The notes: a model not told the origin generated them from the sequence alone. A DNA stretch of 64,000 nt from Coriobacteriaceae bacterium (GCA_019421015.1 JAHZGC010000002.1:156436-220435); one strand, 5' to 3'; counted from the first letter of the stretch, positions 10,919 through 21,084 are shown. Program-made: numbers and translations.

Positions 10919-12280
10919 ATGGGCGACTCCAAGTTAGACGGCTACAAGTTGGAAGATGGCAGGTCGGGCGAGCACAAGCCAAGCGACCGCGGGTCGGGCG
11001 AGCGCCGCTACAGGTTCGAGACCCTCCAGCTCCATGTGGGGCAGGAGCAGGCCGACCCCGCCACCGACTCCCGCGCCGTCCCGATCTACCAGACGACCTC
11101 GTACGTGTTCCACGACTGCGACCATGCCGCTGCCCGCTTCGGCCTCTCCGATGCCGGCAACATCTACGGCCGCCTCACCAACTCGACCCAGGATGTGCTC
11201 GAAAGGCGCATCGCGGCGCTCGAGGGCGGCGTCGCGGCCCTGGCCACGGCTTCGGGGGCGGCGGCCATCACCTACACGCTGCAGGCCCTGGCCCAGGCGG
11301 GCGACCACATCGTGGCCCAAAAGACCATCTACGGCGGTACCTACAACCTGCTTGCCCACACGCTGCCCCAGTTCGGCGTGACCGCGACGTTCGTGGACGC
11401 CCACGACCTCGCGGAGCTCGAGGGGGCGATTCAGGAGAACACCAAGGCCGTCTACCTCGAGACGTTGGGCAACCCCAACTCCGACATCCCCGACATCGAC
11501 GCCGTTGCCCAAATCGCCCACCGCCACGGCCTGCCGCTCGTGGTGGACAACACCTTTGGTACGCCCTACCTGGTCCGGCCGCTCGAGCACGGGGCCGACA
11601 TCGTGGTGCACTCCGCCACCAAGTTTATCGGCGGCCACGGCACCACGCTCGGCGGCATCATCGTGGACGGCGGCTCCTTTAACTGGGCGGGCGCCGGCAA
11701 GTTCCCGGCTATCGCCGACGCGAACCCGAGCTACCACGGGGTGAGCTTTGTAGAGGCCGCCGGCCCCGCCGCCTTCGTGACCTACGTGCGCGCCATCCTG
11801 CTGCGCGACATGGGGGCGACCATCTCGCCGTTCAACGCGTTTTTGCTGCTCCAGGGCGTGGAGACGCTCTCGCTTCGTCTTGACCGCCATGCCGAGAACA
11901 CCAAGGCCGTGGTGGAGTTTTTGGCGGGGCACCCGCTTGTGGAGAAGGCCAACCACCCGAGCCTGCCCGACCACCCCGACCACGCGCTTTACGAGCGGTA
12001 TTTTCCCAACGGGGGAGGCTCGATCTTCACCTTTGACATCAAGGGCGGCCGGGAGGAGGCCTTTAGGTTCATCGACAACCTCGAGGTCTTCTCGCTGCTG
12101 GCCAACGTGGCCGACGTCAAGAGCCTCGTGATCCATCCGGCCACCACGACCCACTCACAGCTGAGCGCCGCCGAGCTCGAGGAACAGGGGATCCACCCCA
12201 ACACGATCAGGCTCTCGATCGGCACCGAGCACATCGACGACATCATCGCCGACCTCGAGCGCGGGTTCGCGGCGGTGTAA
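10919..12280 (+). CDS. metY: O-acetylhomoserine sulfhydrylase (PLP-dependent, Cys/Met metabolism family)
   Basis: Matching blocks are [41 protein letters not shown] and [21 protein letters not shown] (PLP-Lys region). The roughly 40-aa N-terminal extension makes the start slightly uncertain. Confidence 0.9.
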   Translation: MGDSKLDGYKLEDGRSGEHKPSDRGSGERRYRFETLQLHVGQEQADPATDSRAVPIYQTTSYVFHDCDHAAARFGLSDAGNIYGRLTNSTQDVLERRIAALEGGVAALATASGAAAITYTLQALAQAGDHIVAQKTIYGGTYNLLAHTLPQFGVTATFVDAHDLAELEGAIQENTKAVYLETLGNPNSDIPDIDAVAQIAHRHGLPLVVDNTFGTPYLVRPLEHGADIVVHSATKFIGGHGTTLGGIIVDGGSFNWAGAGKFPAIADANPSYHGVSFVEAAGPAAFVTYVRAILLRDMGATISPFNAFLLLQGVETLSLRLDRHAENTKAVVEFLAGHPLVEKANHPSLPDHPDHALYERYFPNGGGSIFTFDIKGGREEAFRFIDNLEVFSLLANVADVKSLVIHPATTTHSQLSAAELEEQGIHPNTIRLSIGTEHIDDIIADLERGFAAV

Positions 12281-12405
12281 GGGCTGCGGGCAGGGATGAG
12301 GAGCGGGACGGGGGGCATGGAAGGAGGCTGACTGGAGGGCTGGGGTCTGGGAGCTGGGAGCCGGGGCGGTTATATCAATTTGTTTTTGTATTTCTCACTT
12401 TTCCA

Positions 12406-12635
12406 GAAATGCGCCCGCAAAAAGGCCCATCGTGTACCGTGTGAGTATTGATACATGGAAGTGTATCAGTCTGTGAAGTATAGTTGGCAGAAAAATGCCT
12501 GGTAGACGGGTTGTCAAAAGCGCAAGACCATGAGGTTGGAGCAGGTCGGTCGGCTTTGGACGGGCCGAGGGGCCCAGAAACCGCCGGCGGAGGCGGACGT
12601 GCGGTGCACGAACCCCCATTTTGCGGGTGCATTTC
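12406..12635. repeat. MITE-like 230-bp element with 20-bp terminal inverted repeats
   Basis: gaaatgcgcccgcaaaaagg (12406-12425) matches the reverse complement of 12616-12635 (gaaatgcacccgcaaaatgg) at 18 of 20 positions. The interior is lower in GC and holds the dyad TGATACA-N6-TGTATCA at 12449-12468. No credible ORF is present. Confidence 0.6.
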
Positions 12636-12828
12636 CTGCCGTGAGGGGCTATATGCTCACTCTTGATGCTATTTTTTAGTAGTTTGACATAAATCGCTGC
12701 CAGACAGGCGGCCACCCCCCGCCGGTCGATGCCTGGCTTGCACGGTTGCAACGGCGGCGGGGCCGCAGGGGTCATCGTCGCCCCGCCGCCCCGCCGTATC
12801 CGTGCAGGTCTTTCTTTGTTGCGAGCCC

Positions 12829-14391
12829 TTACTCCTCGCAGGCGTACTTGGCGGCCAGGCGGCCGGTGGTCACGGCGCGGCCCAGGCTGAAGGCGTCGAC
12901 CTCGAGGTCGTAGTCGATGCCGCCGTAGAAGCCGCCCTGGGTGTTGCCGATGGCGTAGAGGCCCTCGATGATGCCGCCGTCCTCATGCAGGACCTGCATC
13001 TTCTCGTTGCACATGAGGCCGCCCATGGTCACGTCCATGGGGGTGTAGGTGCGGGTCACGTAGAAGGGCGCGACCTCGATGGGCTTCATGTCCTCGGCGG
13101 GCTTGCCAAAGTCCTCGTCGGCGCCGGCGGCCACGAGCTCGTTGTAGCGGGCCACGGTCTCGACCAGGGTCTCGGCGGGGATGCCGAAGGCCCCGGCGCA
13201 CTCTTCGAGGGTGTCGGCCTTAACGGTGTAGCCCAGGTCGATGGCGGCCTCGACGGCCTCGTCCTTCACCGGGCCGCGGGGGTTCAGGAAGGCCTGGCGC
13301 TGATCCGAGAAGTTGGCGTCGTGCACCACGAAGAACACGTCGCCGGGCTGCTCGCGCACCGTGTTGCACACCATGGCGTACTCCATGTGCTCGTTGGCGA
13401 AGCGCTTGCCGTCCTGGTTGACCCAGAGGAACGGGTCGCTCTTCACGGGAGAGTCGGTGAGGTTGGTGCCGTCGATGGAGTTGTGGATGTGGGCCATCTT
13501 GGTGTGGGGCAGGGTCTCCATCTTGGCGCCCAGCCAAACGCCCATCTTGTGGCCGTCGCCGGTGTTGTCGTTGGGCTGGTAGTAGTTGTGGGTGCCCACG
13601 ACCCAGGGGCACATCTCGGCGCACATCTCGTAGTTGCTGCCGTAGTCGCCGGTGGCCAGGATGACGCCCTTGGCGGCGTTGAACTGGATGTAGTCGCCGT
13701 CGGCGTTCTGGCCGATGACGCCGGTCACGCGGCCGTTCTCATCGGTGACCAGGTCCACGCCGGGGCAGCTGAAGTAGAACTCGGCGCCGAGCTCCTGGGC
13801 CTTCTCGGCGATGACGTTGGCCAGGTCGATGGCCTTGCCGGCGGAGTTGGTATGGCCGGTGACGAAGGTGGTGTTGTCCCAGTCCATCATGGTCTTCTCG
13901 CCGGGCTTGGAGGGGGTCCAGGTGGTGTCGGTGGAGTCGGCGATCCACTCCAGGGTCTCGGCGCTCTCGGCAAAGATCACCTTGGCGAAGTCGAACTGCG
14001 GGCGGTAGTTGTTGTACTTGAGGTGGTGCTGCAGGATGTCCATCGGGTCGATCTCGGGGTTGCCGGCCTCCTTCTGGAAGCGGTCGTTGATGGCGCCGAA
14101 GTTGCCGCCGTGGGTGAGCACGTACGGGGACTTCTGCAGGCACACGGTCTTGGCGCCCTCCTGGGCGGCCTTGAGCACGGAGCACACGCCGCCGATGCCG
14201 GCGCCCACTACGACCACGTCGGCGTCAACGGTCTCGGCGATGTCGGTGATGGGGGCGGGGCGGTCGCGCCAGGAGCCGGCCTTGGCCTCGGCGGCCTCGT
14301 CGGCAACGGCGGTGGTGGCCAGGCCCGCGATGGCGGAGGCTCCGGCAACGGCGGCGGCGCTGGTGACGAACTGCCTACGGTTGAGTTCCAT
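12829..14391 (-). CDS. Tat-exported FAD-dependent oxidoreductase (fumarate reductase/KstD-like flavoprotein, FAD_binding_2)
   Basis: The Tat signal is MELNRRQFVTSAAAVAGASAIAGLA. The dinucleotide fold is DVVVVGAGIGG. The C-terminus EGLYAIGN..GG is typical of the family. Confidence 0.9.
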   Translation of the reverse strand: MELNRRQFVTSAAAVAGASAIAGLATTAVADEAAEAKAGSWRDRPAPITDIAETVDADVVVVGAGIGGVCSVLKAAQEGAKTVCLQKSPYVLTHGGNFGAINDRFQKEAGNPEIDPMDILQHHLKYNNYRPQFDFAKVIFAESAETLEWIADSTDTTWTPSKPGEKTMMDWDNTTFVTGHTNSAGKAIDLANVIAEKAQELGAEFYFSCPGVDLVTDENGRVTGVIGQNADGDYIQFNAAKGVILATGDYGSNYEMCAEMCPWVVGTHNYYQPNDNTGDGHKMGVWLGAKMETLPHTKMAHIHNSIDGTNLTDSPVKSDPFLWVNQDGKRFANEHMEYAMVCNTVREQPGDVFFVVHDANFSDQRQAFLNPRGPVKDEAVEAAIDLGYTVKADTLEECAGAFGIPAETLVETVARYNELVAAGADEDFGKPAEDMKPIEVAPFYVTRTYTPMDVTMGGLMCNEKMQVLHEDGGIIEGLYAIGNTQGGFYGGIDYDLEVDAFSLGRAVTTGRLAAKYACEE

Positions 14392-14977
14392 GGTGATCCC
14401 CTTGTCTCATGTCGTGACGTCGCACGGGGCGGCGCCTGTCGGGTGGGTGCGGCGCGGACTGCGCAGGCGGGAGGCCCGCGGGTATAGGCCGCGTCGCTGG
14501 GGCACACTGTAGGCGGCGCCTCTGGGGATACGGTCGCATAAAAGGGACGGTTGTTTGCGGTTTATGGGGCGGCGTAGGCGGAGAAACCCTCGCATCCAAA
14601 AGACGAGTTGCCGGTGACGAGCTGGTATTACAGTGAGTTAATGGGATTGGCGGCCCCTATGGGGAGGGCTTGACCCGACAAGTCTCCCGTGCAGGTCTCC
14701 CCTTGTTGCGCCTCGTACCGAATGCATCCCGCGCAAGGAGTGGACACGTTCGGAGGCCAACCCAGAAACCCAGACACCCAAAACCCAGAAACGCCTCGAG
14801 GGCGTGAATTTGTTTAAGAACATGATATTATACTTGCAATGGTTCATATCTTACCTGGGGCTATACTATCCGCCTCCATATATCGAGCATCAAAGTATGT
14901 AACAACCCACACCCTCGAGACATTTTTGGGTTTCCGGGCAGCCCCGACGCCTCTGGGGTCGACCGCGTGGGGCCGCG

Positions 14978-16453
14978 TTACCGTGTAGCCTGCTCGTCCA
15001 GCAGGTCGATCAGCTCTTGCCGCGAGTGAACGGCGAGCTTGCCGTAGACCGAGCGCATGTGGGTGCGCACCGTGTTGATCGAGATGCCCAACAGCTCGGC
15101 GGTCTTCTCGAGGCTGTAGCCTTTCGAGACGTACGAGGCCGTCTGCGCCTCGCGGGCCGTGAGACCGTAGGTGAGGGCCAGCCGGTCGAGAGCCTGCTCG
15201 TCTCGGGAGGGCGCTGTGGGGGACTCGGGCGCAGGCCCGGATGCGGGTGTAGGCTCGGTGGCGCGGTCGACCTGCTTGAGCAGGAGGCTCCCCAGCACGC
15301 AGATGATGGTCACCGTGAGCACCAAGATGATGGCCATGCCCGCGTAGGAGGCGGCCGCGATCGGCTCCATACCGGTGGCCACCAGCAGCGGCGGCACCAC
15401 GATGTGGCGCACGAAGGCTGCCAGAGACTCGGGGACCAGCAGGAACAGGGCCAGCAGGCGCACGGGCCCCAGGGGGCTCCATTGGCGTGCCTCCAGGGCG
15501 AAGAGGAACATGAGTAGCGTGAAGCACACGCGCGAGACGGTGGCCACGTCCGACCCCACCGAGGCCGCGGGTATTGGGAAGAACACCAGGGCCAGCAGCC
15601 CTGCGAAGAACAGCGCCATGCAGGCGGTCCAGTTCCAGAAGAGCACCTTGCGCACGTTGACGCAGCGGGCCAGCAGCGCGATGGAGATGGCGGCAAAGAC
15701 GAGGTTCGCCAGGCTCATGTAGAGCGAGCGGACGGTGGGTCCGCTCGAGGCGAACCAAGGGTTGGTGAGACCGCGCACCACGTTTCCGGTGAGGCAGAAC
15801 AGGGCAAGCAGCACGATGAGGGCCAGAAGCGCGGTCGACGACGGGGTCCGCTCGAGGCCGAGGGGGCCGATGCCTGCGGTGGCCTTGGAGGCGGAAGGGG
15901 CCTGCTCCCGGTCGGCGCGGGCCGGGGTGCAAAGCGTGCAGACGATAGGACCGCAGATGCAGAAGGCACAGGCCAGCGGGGTGGGGGAGGCGAGGGCCAG
16001 GTTGTCGATGAAGCTGACCCCGAATGAGGCGAACATGGTCATGGCTGCCGAGCGGCTGCTCCAGCCGGCGAGCCGAACGCCGTAGCGCAGCACCGAGCCG
16101 GCAAAGAACGCGGTGGCCGCGACCGATCCCGCCACGCAGAGCGCCGCGGCGACGGGGGCGTTTCCCCCGACCCACAGCAGGGCGTTCCCCAAGGAGCCCA
16201 GGGCCCCGAGCGCGACGGGGGCAAAGCGGGAGTCGAGCCAACGCGCAAGGTGGCGTGCCATGGGAACGGCGGCGACCGCCAGCAGCATGAACGCCAGGGC
16301 GTAGGCGGTGTAGGCGGCGTGGATCGCAGGGGAGGGATGGACCGCGAACACCTGCAGGAACGAGAGGAACGACGCCCTGAAGTACGGCCAGAGAAACGCC
16401 ATGCCGAGCGCGGGGACAAGCAGCTTGGGCAGGTTGGCAGCGCTGCTGCGCAT
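14978..16453 (-). CDS. Multi-TM LuxR-family transcriptional regulator
   Basis: About 10 hydrophobic segments are followed by the C-terminal HTH LTAREAQTASYVSKGYSLEKTAELLGISINTVRTHMRSVYGKL. The start MRSSAANL at 16453 has AAGGAG 7 nt upstream. Confidence 0.85.
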   Translation of the reverse strand: MRSSAANLPKLLVPALGMAFLWPYFRASFLSFLQVFAVHPSPAIHAAYTAYALAFMLLAVAAVPMARHLARWLDSRFAPVALGALGSLGNALLWVGGNAPVAAALCVAGSVAATAFFAGSVLRYGVRLAGWSSRSAAMTMFASFGVSFIDNLALASPTPLACAFCICGPIVCTLCTPARADREQAPSASKATAGIGPLGLERTPSSTALLALIVLLALFCLTGNVVRGLTNPWFASSGPTVRSLYMSLANLVFAAISIALLARCVNVRKVLFWNWTACMALFFAGLLALVFFPIPAASVGSDVATVSRVCFTLLMFLFALEARQWSPLGPVRLLALFLLVPESLAAFVRHIVVPPLLVATGMEPIAAASYAGMAIILVLTVTIICVLGSLLLKQVDRATEPTPASGPAPESPTAPSRDEQALDRLALTYGLTAREAQTASYVSKGYSLEKTAELLGISINTVRTHMRSVYGKLAVHSRQELIDLLDEQATR

Positions 16454-16575
16454 GGACGGCTCCTTTGGCTCGGGGGGTGAGACGCGATGCTGCGAGGATA
16501 CCACCGATGACCCGTCGTGCCACGGTTTCGTGGTACCGAAGATCGATTGCCCCGATCGGTGCCGCCCCGTGGGTT

Positions 16576-16593
16576 TCACATCATTGATGGGAG
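16576..16593. promoter_or_regulatory. Conserved 18-mer TCACATCATTGATGGGAG (core palindrome CATCA-T-TGATG), copy 1
   Basis: It is identical to 19321-19338. Both copies lie 80-140 bp upstream of a membrane LuxR gene, in otherwise dissimilar intergenic DNA. Confidence 0.3.
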
Positions 16594-16664
16594 CTTCGTC
16601 CGTGGAGCTCGGGGTCGTGCTGTGCTACCGTGCGGAGAAACCCCGCTCAGAAAGGACGTTGCCC

Positions 16665-17708
16665 ATGGAACCCCTGCTCGTGACTGTCTCGGTCCCCGTT
16701 GCCCCGCGCGATGGCATGGACGCCGACGCGCTGCGCGCCTACGCTGACGCCCTGGTGCGCGACGTCGAGGCGGCGGCGGCCGAGATGGGCGGCTACGAGG
16801 TGCGGGCGGTTCGCGTGGTGGGGGAGTGCCCGCAGCTCATGGCCGCTGCCGACCTGGGGCGGGTGCTGCATGCCCTGCGGGGGCGCTTTGCCGTGGCCGC
16901 TGGCTGCGAGGTGGTCGTGGACGCGATGCCCGGGCGGCTGACCGCCGACGACCTGGGCGCCTATCGCGATGCCGGCGTTACCTCGCTTGCCATCGACGTG
17001 CGCACCACCCAGGGGCGCGAGGCCAAGCGGCTCGACCGCGCCTGCGATGTGGGCGACGGCCTTGCCACGGTGCTCCTGCTGCAGCGAGAGGGATTCGAGT
17101 CCTACGGGGTCCGCATCGGGTGCGGTTTTGCCGAGCAGACCGAGGACTCGTTCAGGCGCACGCTGAACGACGCGTTCTTCATGGAGCCCGACTTCGTGTT
17201 CGTGCGGCGCGAGCAGGCGGTCGGTCGACCCGCCCCGAGCGACGATGCGCTTGTGGCCATGCGTGCCTACGCCGACCGCTTCCTGCGTGGTTACGGATAC
17301 GCGCCGCAGGTCGCGGGCCTCTATGCCAAGCCGGCCAAGGCCCCGGTTTTTGACCGCATGGCCTGCGAGGGTGCGGCGACCCTGGGCGTGGGCCTGGGAA
17401 GCGAGAGCTGCTACGAGGGGCTTCTCTACCGCACGACCCCTGATCTGGAGCGCTACCTGGCCCATGCGGGAGACCTGGAGGAGACCTGCCAGGTGGCGGG
17501 TGTGCTGGATCCCGCCGACCAGGACCGCCGTCGGGTCGCGGGGCTTTTGCACCTGCCGGACGGGATGGCGCGGCGGGAGGCGCCGAGCTGCTTGCTGCCC
17601 GCCCTCGACCGCATGGCGGCTGCGGGCACGCTGGAGCTGGTCGACGACCGTTACCGTATGACGCCGCGGTCCGTGGCGCTCGGCATGGAGCCGGTGGACC
17701 TCTGGTAG
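16665..17708 (+). CDS. HemN/HemW-like (coproporphyrinogen oxidase family) protein lacking the radical-SAM cysteine motif
   Basis: The layout is collinear with HemN-like proteins (...AMPGRLTADDLGAYRDAGVTSLAIDV.., HemN_C-like tail). The position of CxxxCxxC reads VSVPVAPRD, and GGGTP reads GECPQ. Confidence 0.6.
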   Translation: MEPLLVTVSVPVAPRDGMDADALRAYADALVRDVEAAAAEMGGYEVRAVRVVGECPQLMAAADLGRVLHALRGRFAVAAGCEVVVDAMPGRLTADDLGAYRDAGVTSLAIDVRTTQGREAKRLDRACDVGDGLATVLLLQREGFESYGVRIGCGFAEQTEDSFRRTLNDAFFMEPDFVFVRREQAVGRPAPSDDALVAMRAYADRFLRGYGYAPQVAGLYAKPAKAPVFDRMACEGAATLGVGLGSESCYEGLLYRTTPDLERYLAHAGDLEETCQVAGVLDPADQDRRRVAGLLHLPDGMARREAPSCLLPALDRMAAAGTLELVDDRYRMTPRSVALGMEPVDLW

Positions 17709-17783
17709 GGAGCCCGAAGCCTCTTGAGACGGCTGGTCGCGCAACCCCGTGGGGCCGTCTGACTCCGGGGGCTTCTCCGCTGC

Positions 17784-19241
17784 CTACCCCAGCGCCTCGC
17801 GGTCGGGCCGGCGCTCCTCGATAAGGGCGATGAAGTGGCCCTTCTTATGCACGCCCGTCTTGCGGTAGAGGCACTTCACGTGGGTGCGCACGGTGTCGAG
17901 CGAGACGCCCAGGGCTTCGGCGGTCTCGGGGAAGGTGTGGCCGCGAGCCAGGTGCAGGGCCACCTCCTGTTCGCGGGCGGTAAGGGCGTAGTCGTCGGCC
18001 ATGGACTCGATGGCGGCCATAAGGGGGTCGGCCGGGGCGGCCTCGGGGACGGTAGGCCCGGCGGCGCCTGGGGATGCGTCGGCGCGGGCGGTCTTGACGG
18101 CCTCGGCATAGGCCAGGCCCACGGTGAGCACCACGAGGACCAGCGCCAATGCCAAGGTGATCGCGATGGCGAGCATGCTGCCGGCCACATGGCCCGTGGG
18201 GTCGAGCATGCCGCGGACGGTGATCGAGAGCGTGATGGGTTCGGCAAACACGATGTTGGCCACGCAGAACGAGAACACCCGCGGAAGGTGCAGCCGGTAG
18301 ACCCAGACAGCCGTGGCCATCCAGCAGAAGATGATGGTGCAGTTCTGGGTGGCGGTGAGGATGTTCATGGCGAGGGCGGGCCACTGGCCGATGAACGACG
18401 TGTAGCACACGAGGCCGCCTAGGGTCACGGCGGGGAACAGGGGCAGCAGCCGCTCGGGGTCGGGCCGGCCCAGCACCACCACCCACACAAAGAAGACCGC
18501 GCCCACGGCCAGGTAGACCAGGGCGGTGATCGACTGGTAGTCGCCGCCGGCCTGGATCTGGTTGGTGGGGACCAGCGTGTGCACGAACACGCCGGTGAGG
18601 GTGCAGGCCCCCAGCAGGAGTATGAGCACGGTTGGCAGTGCATGCAGCGAGGCACGGGTCAGAGGGTCGTCAGGAGCAGGGGTGCCCTCGGCACGCGACA
18701 GCTCGTAGAGCAGGCAGAGCGTCGCCACGAGGGGCGACCCTATGGCGAGGCCATGGACGGCGGGGATGGGCAAGAACGAGAACAGCCAGCCGATGCAGCC
18801 CGAGAGGGCAAAGCCCAGGGCGAGGGTCAGCGCGGACTGGCGGGGGTCGACCGAGCAGAGGTAGTAGCCCCACCCCACCATGAGCAGCGTCATTGCGATC
18901 CCGTGCAGGCCCGCGCAGACGAGGACGGCCGTGGGGTTGGGGACGAACAGGACCCCGGCGGTCGTCGCGGCGCTTATGACGGCCGAGACGCCCACGGCGT
19001 TGCGGACGGTCCGTTCGCTGTAGGCCACCTTGCGGTCGAGGACGGCCACGAGCACCAGGGTGCAGACCTGGAGCACGCGGGCGGCGAACTTGGCGCCGGT
19101 GCTGTAGTCGGCAAGGCCGCCGGTGAACAGCGACCAGCCGGCAAGGCGGTAGGCCGCCAGACCGAGCACGGGCACGATCGAAAGCCCTATGAAGGCGGCG
19201 AACATGGCGCCGCGCTGTCGCGGAGACGCGGTCAAGGGCAT
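17784..19241 (-). CDS. Multi-TM LuxR-family transcriptional regulator
   Basis: The N-terminal region is hydrophobic and the HTH is LTAREQEVALHLARGHTFPETAEALGVSLDTVRTHVKCLYRK. The start MPLTAS at 19241 has CAGGAGG 6 nt upstream. It is a paralog of 61158..62756. Confidence 0.85.
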   Translation of the reverse strand: MPLTASPRQRGAMFAAFIGLSIVPVLGLAAYRLAGWSLFTGGLADYSTGAKFAARVLQVCTLVLVAVLDRKVAYSERTVRNAVGVSAVISAATTAGVLFVPNPTAVLVCAGLHGIAMTLLMVGWGYYLCSVDPRQSALTLALGFALSGCIGWLFSFLPIPAVHGLAIGSPLVATLCLLYELSRAEGTPAPDDPLTRASLHALPTVLILLLGACTLTGVFVHTLVPTNQIQAGGDYQSITALVYLAVGAVFFVWVVVLGRPDPERLLPLFPAVTLGGLVCYTSFIGQWPALAMNILTATQNCTIIFCWMATAVWVYRLHLPRVFSFCVANIVFAEPITLSITVRGMLDPTGHVAGSMLAIAITLALALVLVVLTVGLAYAEAVKTARADASPGAAGPTVPEAAPADPLMAAIESMADDYALTAREQEVALHLARGHTFPETAEALGVSLDTVRTHVKCLYRKTGVHKKGHFIALIEERRPDREALG

Positions 19242-19320
19242 GGGCGGCCTCCTGGGTCTCGGGGTTGCCATGGTGGGACGGCCACCGGTGACATTGTGCA
19301 AAATCGCAGGTCGAAGCCGC

Positions 19321-19338
19321 TCACATCATTGATGGGAG
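19321..19338. promoter_or_regulatory. Conserved 18-mer TCACATCATTGATGGGAG, copy 2
   Basis: It is identical to 16576-16593. A half-site-like CATTGATG recurs at 19363-19370. It lies in the divergent LuxR/flavoprotein intergenic region. Confidence 0.3.
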
Positions 19339-19449
19339 AGAGAAAAACGCCCAGATTCCCACCATTGATGCCGCGCGTTCGAGCCGGGCTTCTCTACCTT
19401 ACAGCACAAGCACCTATCCCGTGCCCACAACCAGAAAGGAAGAACCGTT

Positions 19450-21084
19450 ATGAGCATGAGCAACACCGTGTCGCGCCGCTCGTTCCTGCAGGGAGCCGGG
19501 GCCGTGGCCGGGGCCAGCGCCCTGGGCATGATGGCCGCCACCGCCGTGGCCGACGAAGCCGCCCCCGAGGCTGCCGCCGCTGCCAAGGTCGAGGACGCCG
19601 TCTTCGCTGAGTCGCGCGTGGTGGTGGACCCCATCGCCGACGATCAGCTCGAGGCCACCTACGACTACGACGTGGTGGTTGTGGGCGCCGGTACCGCCGG
19701 CACCACCGCCGCTTTTGCCGCAGCCGACAAGGGCGGTGTGAAGGTCGCCGTGCTCCAGAACGTCTCGACCCCCATCTCCCAGGGCAACATGGGCGCCGGC
19801 CTGGTGATCGACGAGAGCACCGAGTGGGGCCTCAAGCGCTTCATTCACGACTGGAACGTGAACACCCTGCACGCCAGCGACTACTTCATGGTCGAGAACT
19901 ACACCAAGTACTCGGGCTACGGCGTCGAGATGCTGCTGAACCTGGCCCGCGAGTCGGGCTTCCCCGAGGAGAACATCCTGGTCTCCGACGACATGATCGA
20001 GTACGAGAACGGCGAGCGCGTGTGCTCGCGCCGCCTGCTCTTCATCGACAAGCCCATTACCTGGGGCGACGCGATGACCTCGATTTCGACCATCGGCCCC
20101 GACCACAACGTGGACTACTACTTCAACATGCCCGGCGTGCAGCTGGTGCAAGACGACGCCGGCAAGGTCGTTGCCGTTATCGGCAAGAACGAGGACACGG
20201 GCGGCTACGTGCGCTTCAACGTGACCAAGGGCGTGATCCTGGCCACCGGCTCGTTCATCAACAACCAGGCCATGCTCGCCCGCTACAACACCCAGGCCGT
20301 GGGCTACACCGCCAAGGTCTCGGGCCGCTTGGGCGACGGCCACCTCATGGGCGTGCTCGCCGGCGGCGTGCTGCCCAACGGCATCTACACCAAGATGTGC
20401 CACGACAACGACACCGGCCCCTTCCAGAGCGTGCCGCTGCTGTGCGTGAACTACGACGGCGAGCGCTTCATCAACGAGGAGATCGACTCCACGCTGTGGT
20501 GCAACGCCACCGCCCGCGCCAAGGAGAAGGGCCGCATGTTCCAGGTGGTCGACAGCACCTACCCCCAGATCTGCGAGGCCCTGGGCATGAAGCCGCCCAC
20601 CGAAGAGAAAATTCTGGGCTGCATGCCCGGCACCGAGCAGTCCAACGCCAAGGGCGCGTACGGGTTCTTCTCGGCCACCTACAAGGCCGACACCCTTGAG
20701 GAGCTGGCCGAGCAGCTGGGACTGCCCGCCGAGAACCTGATCGCCACCGTCGAGCGCTACAACGAGCTGGCCGAGGCCGGGCTCGACGTGGACTTCGGCA
20801 AGGACTCCAAGTACCTCTTCCCGATCGTGGAGCCCCCGTTCTACATTGTGAACACCTGGTCGCGCCTCTCGACGATCCTCGCCGGCCTTGCGATCAACGA
20901 GTACCAGCAGGTCGTGGACGCCGATGGCGCGCCCATCGAGGGCCTCTATGCCGCCGGCAACTGCAGCGGCACGCCCGGCGGTCAGAGCGACTGGCTGCAG
21001 GTGTCGCTCGGCGAGTCGCTGGGCTTCGCTCTGAACGAGGGCTACGTGGCCGGCTCCCACATCGTGGGGGCGCTGGAGGCGTAA
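19450..21084 (+). CDS. Tat-exported FAD-dependent oxidoreductase (FAD_binding_2)
   Basis: The Tat signal is MSMSNTVSRRSFLQGAGAVAGASALG. The FAD fold is DVVVVGAGTAG and the C-terminal region is EGLYAAGNCSG. Confidence 0.9.
   Translation: MSMSNTVSRRSFLQGAGAVAGASALGMMAATAVADEAAPEAAAAAKVEDAVFAESRVVVDPIADDQLEATYDYDVVVVGAGTAGTTAAFAAADKGGVKVAVLQNVSTPISQGNMGAGLVIDESTEWGLKRFIHDWNVNTLHASDYFMVENYTKYSGYGVEMLLNLARESGFPEENILVSDDMIEYENGERVCSRRLLFIDKPITWGDAMTSISTIGPDHNVDYYFNMPGVQLVQDDAGKVVAVIGKNEDTGGYVRFNVTKGVILATGSFINNQAMLARYNTQAVGYTAKVSGRLGDGHLMGVLAGGVLPNGIYTKMCHDNDTGPFQSVPLLCVNYDGERFINEEIDSTLWCNATARAKEKGRMFQVVDSTYPQICEALGMKPPTEEKILGCMPGTEQSNAKGAYGFFSATYKADTLEELAEQLGLPAENLIATVERYNELAEAGLDVDFGKDSKYLFPIVEPPFYIVNTWSRLSTILAGLAINEYQQVVDADGAPIEGLYAAGNCSGTPGGQSDWLQVSLGESLGFALNEGYVAGSHIVGALEA

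Noticed and set aside
12375-12775. ORFs of 85 and 126 aa inside the MITE-like element.
   Set aside because: They are not protein-like, overlap the terminal repeats and have no RBS.
14638-14847. A 69-aa ORF starting in the AT-rich patch.
   Set aside because: It has no RBS, an implausible composition and no recognisable family. It is probably non-coding.
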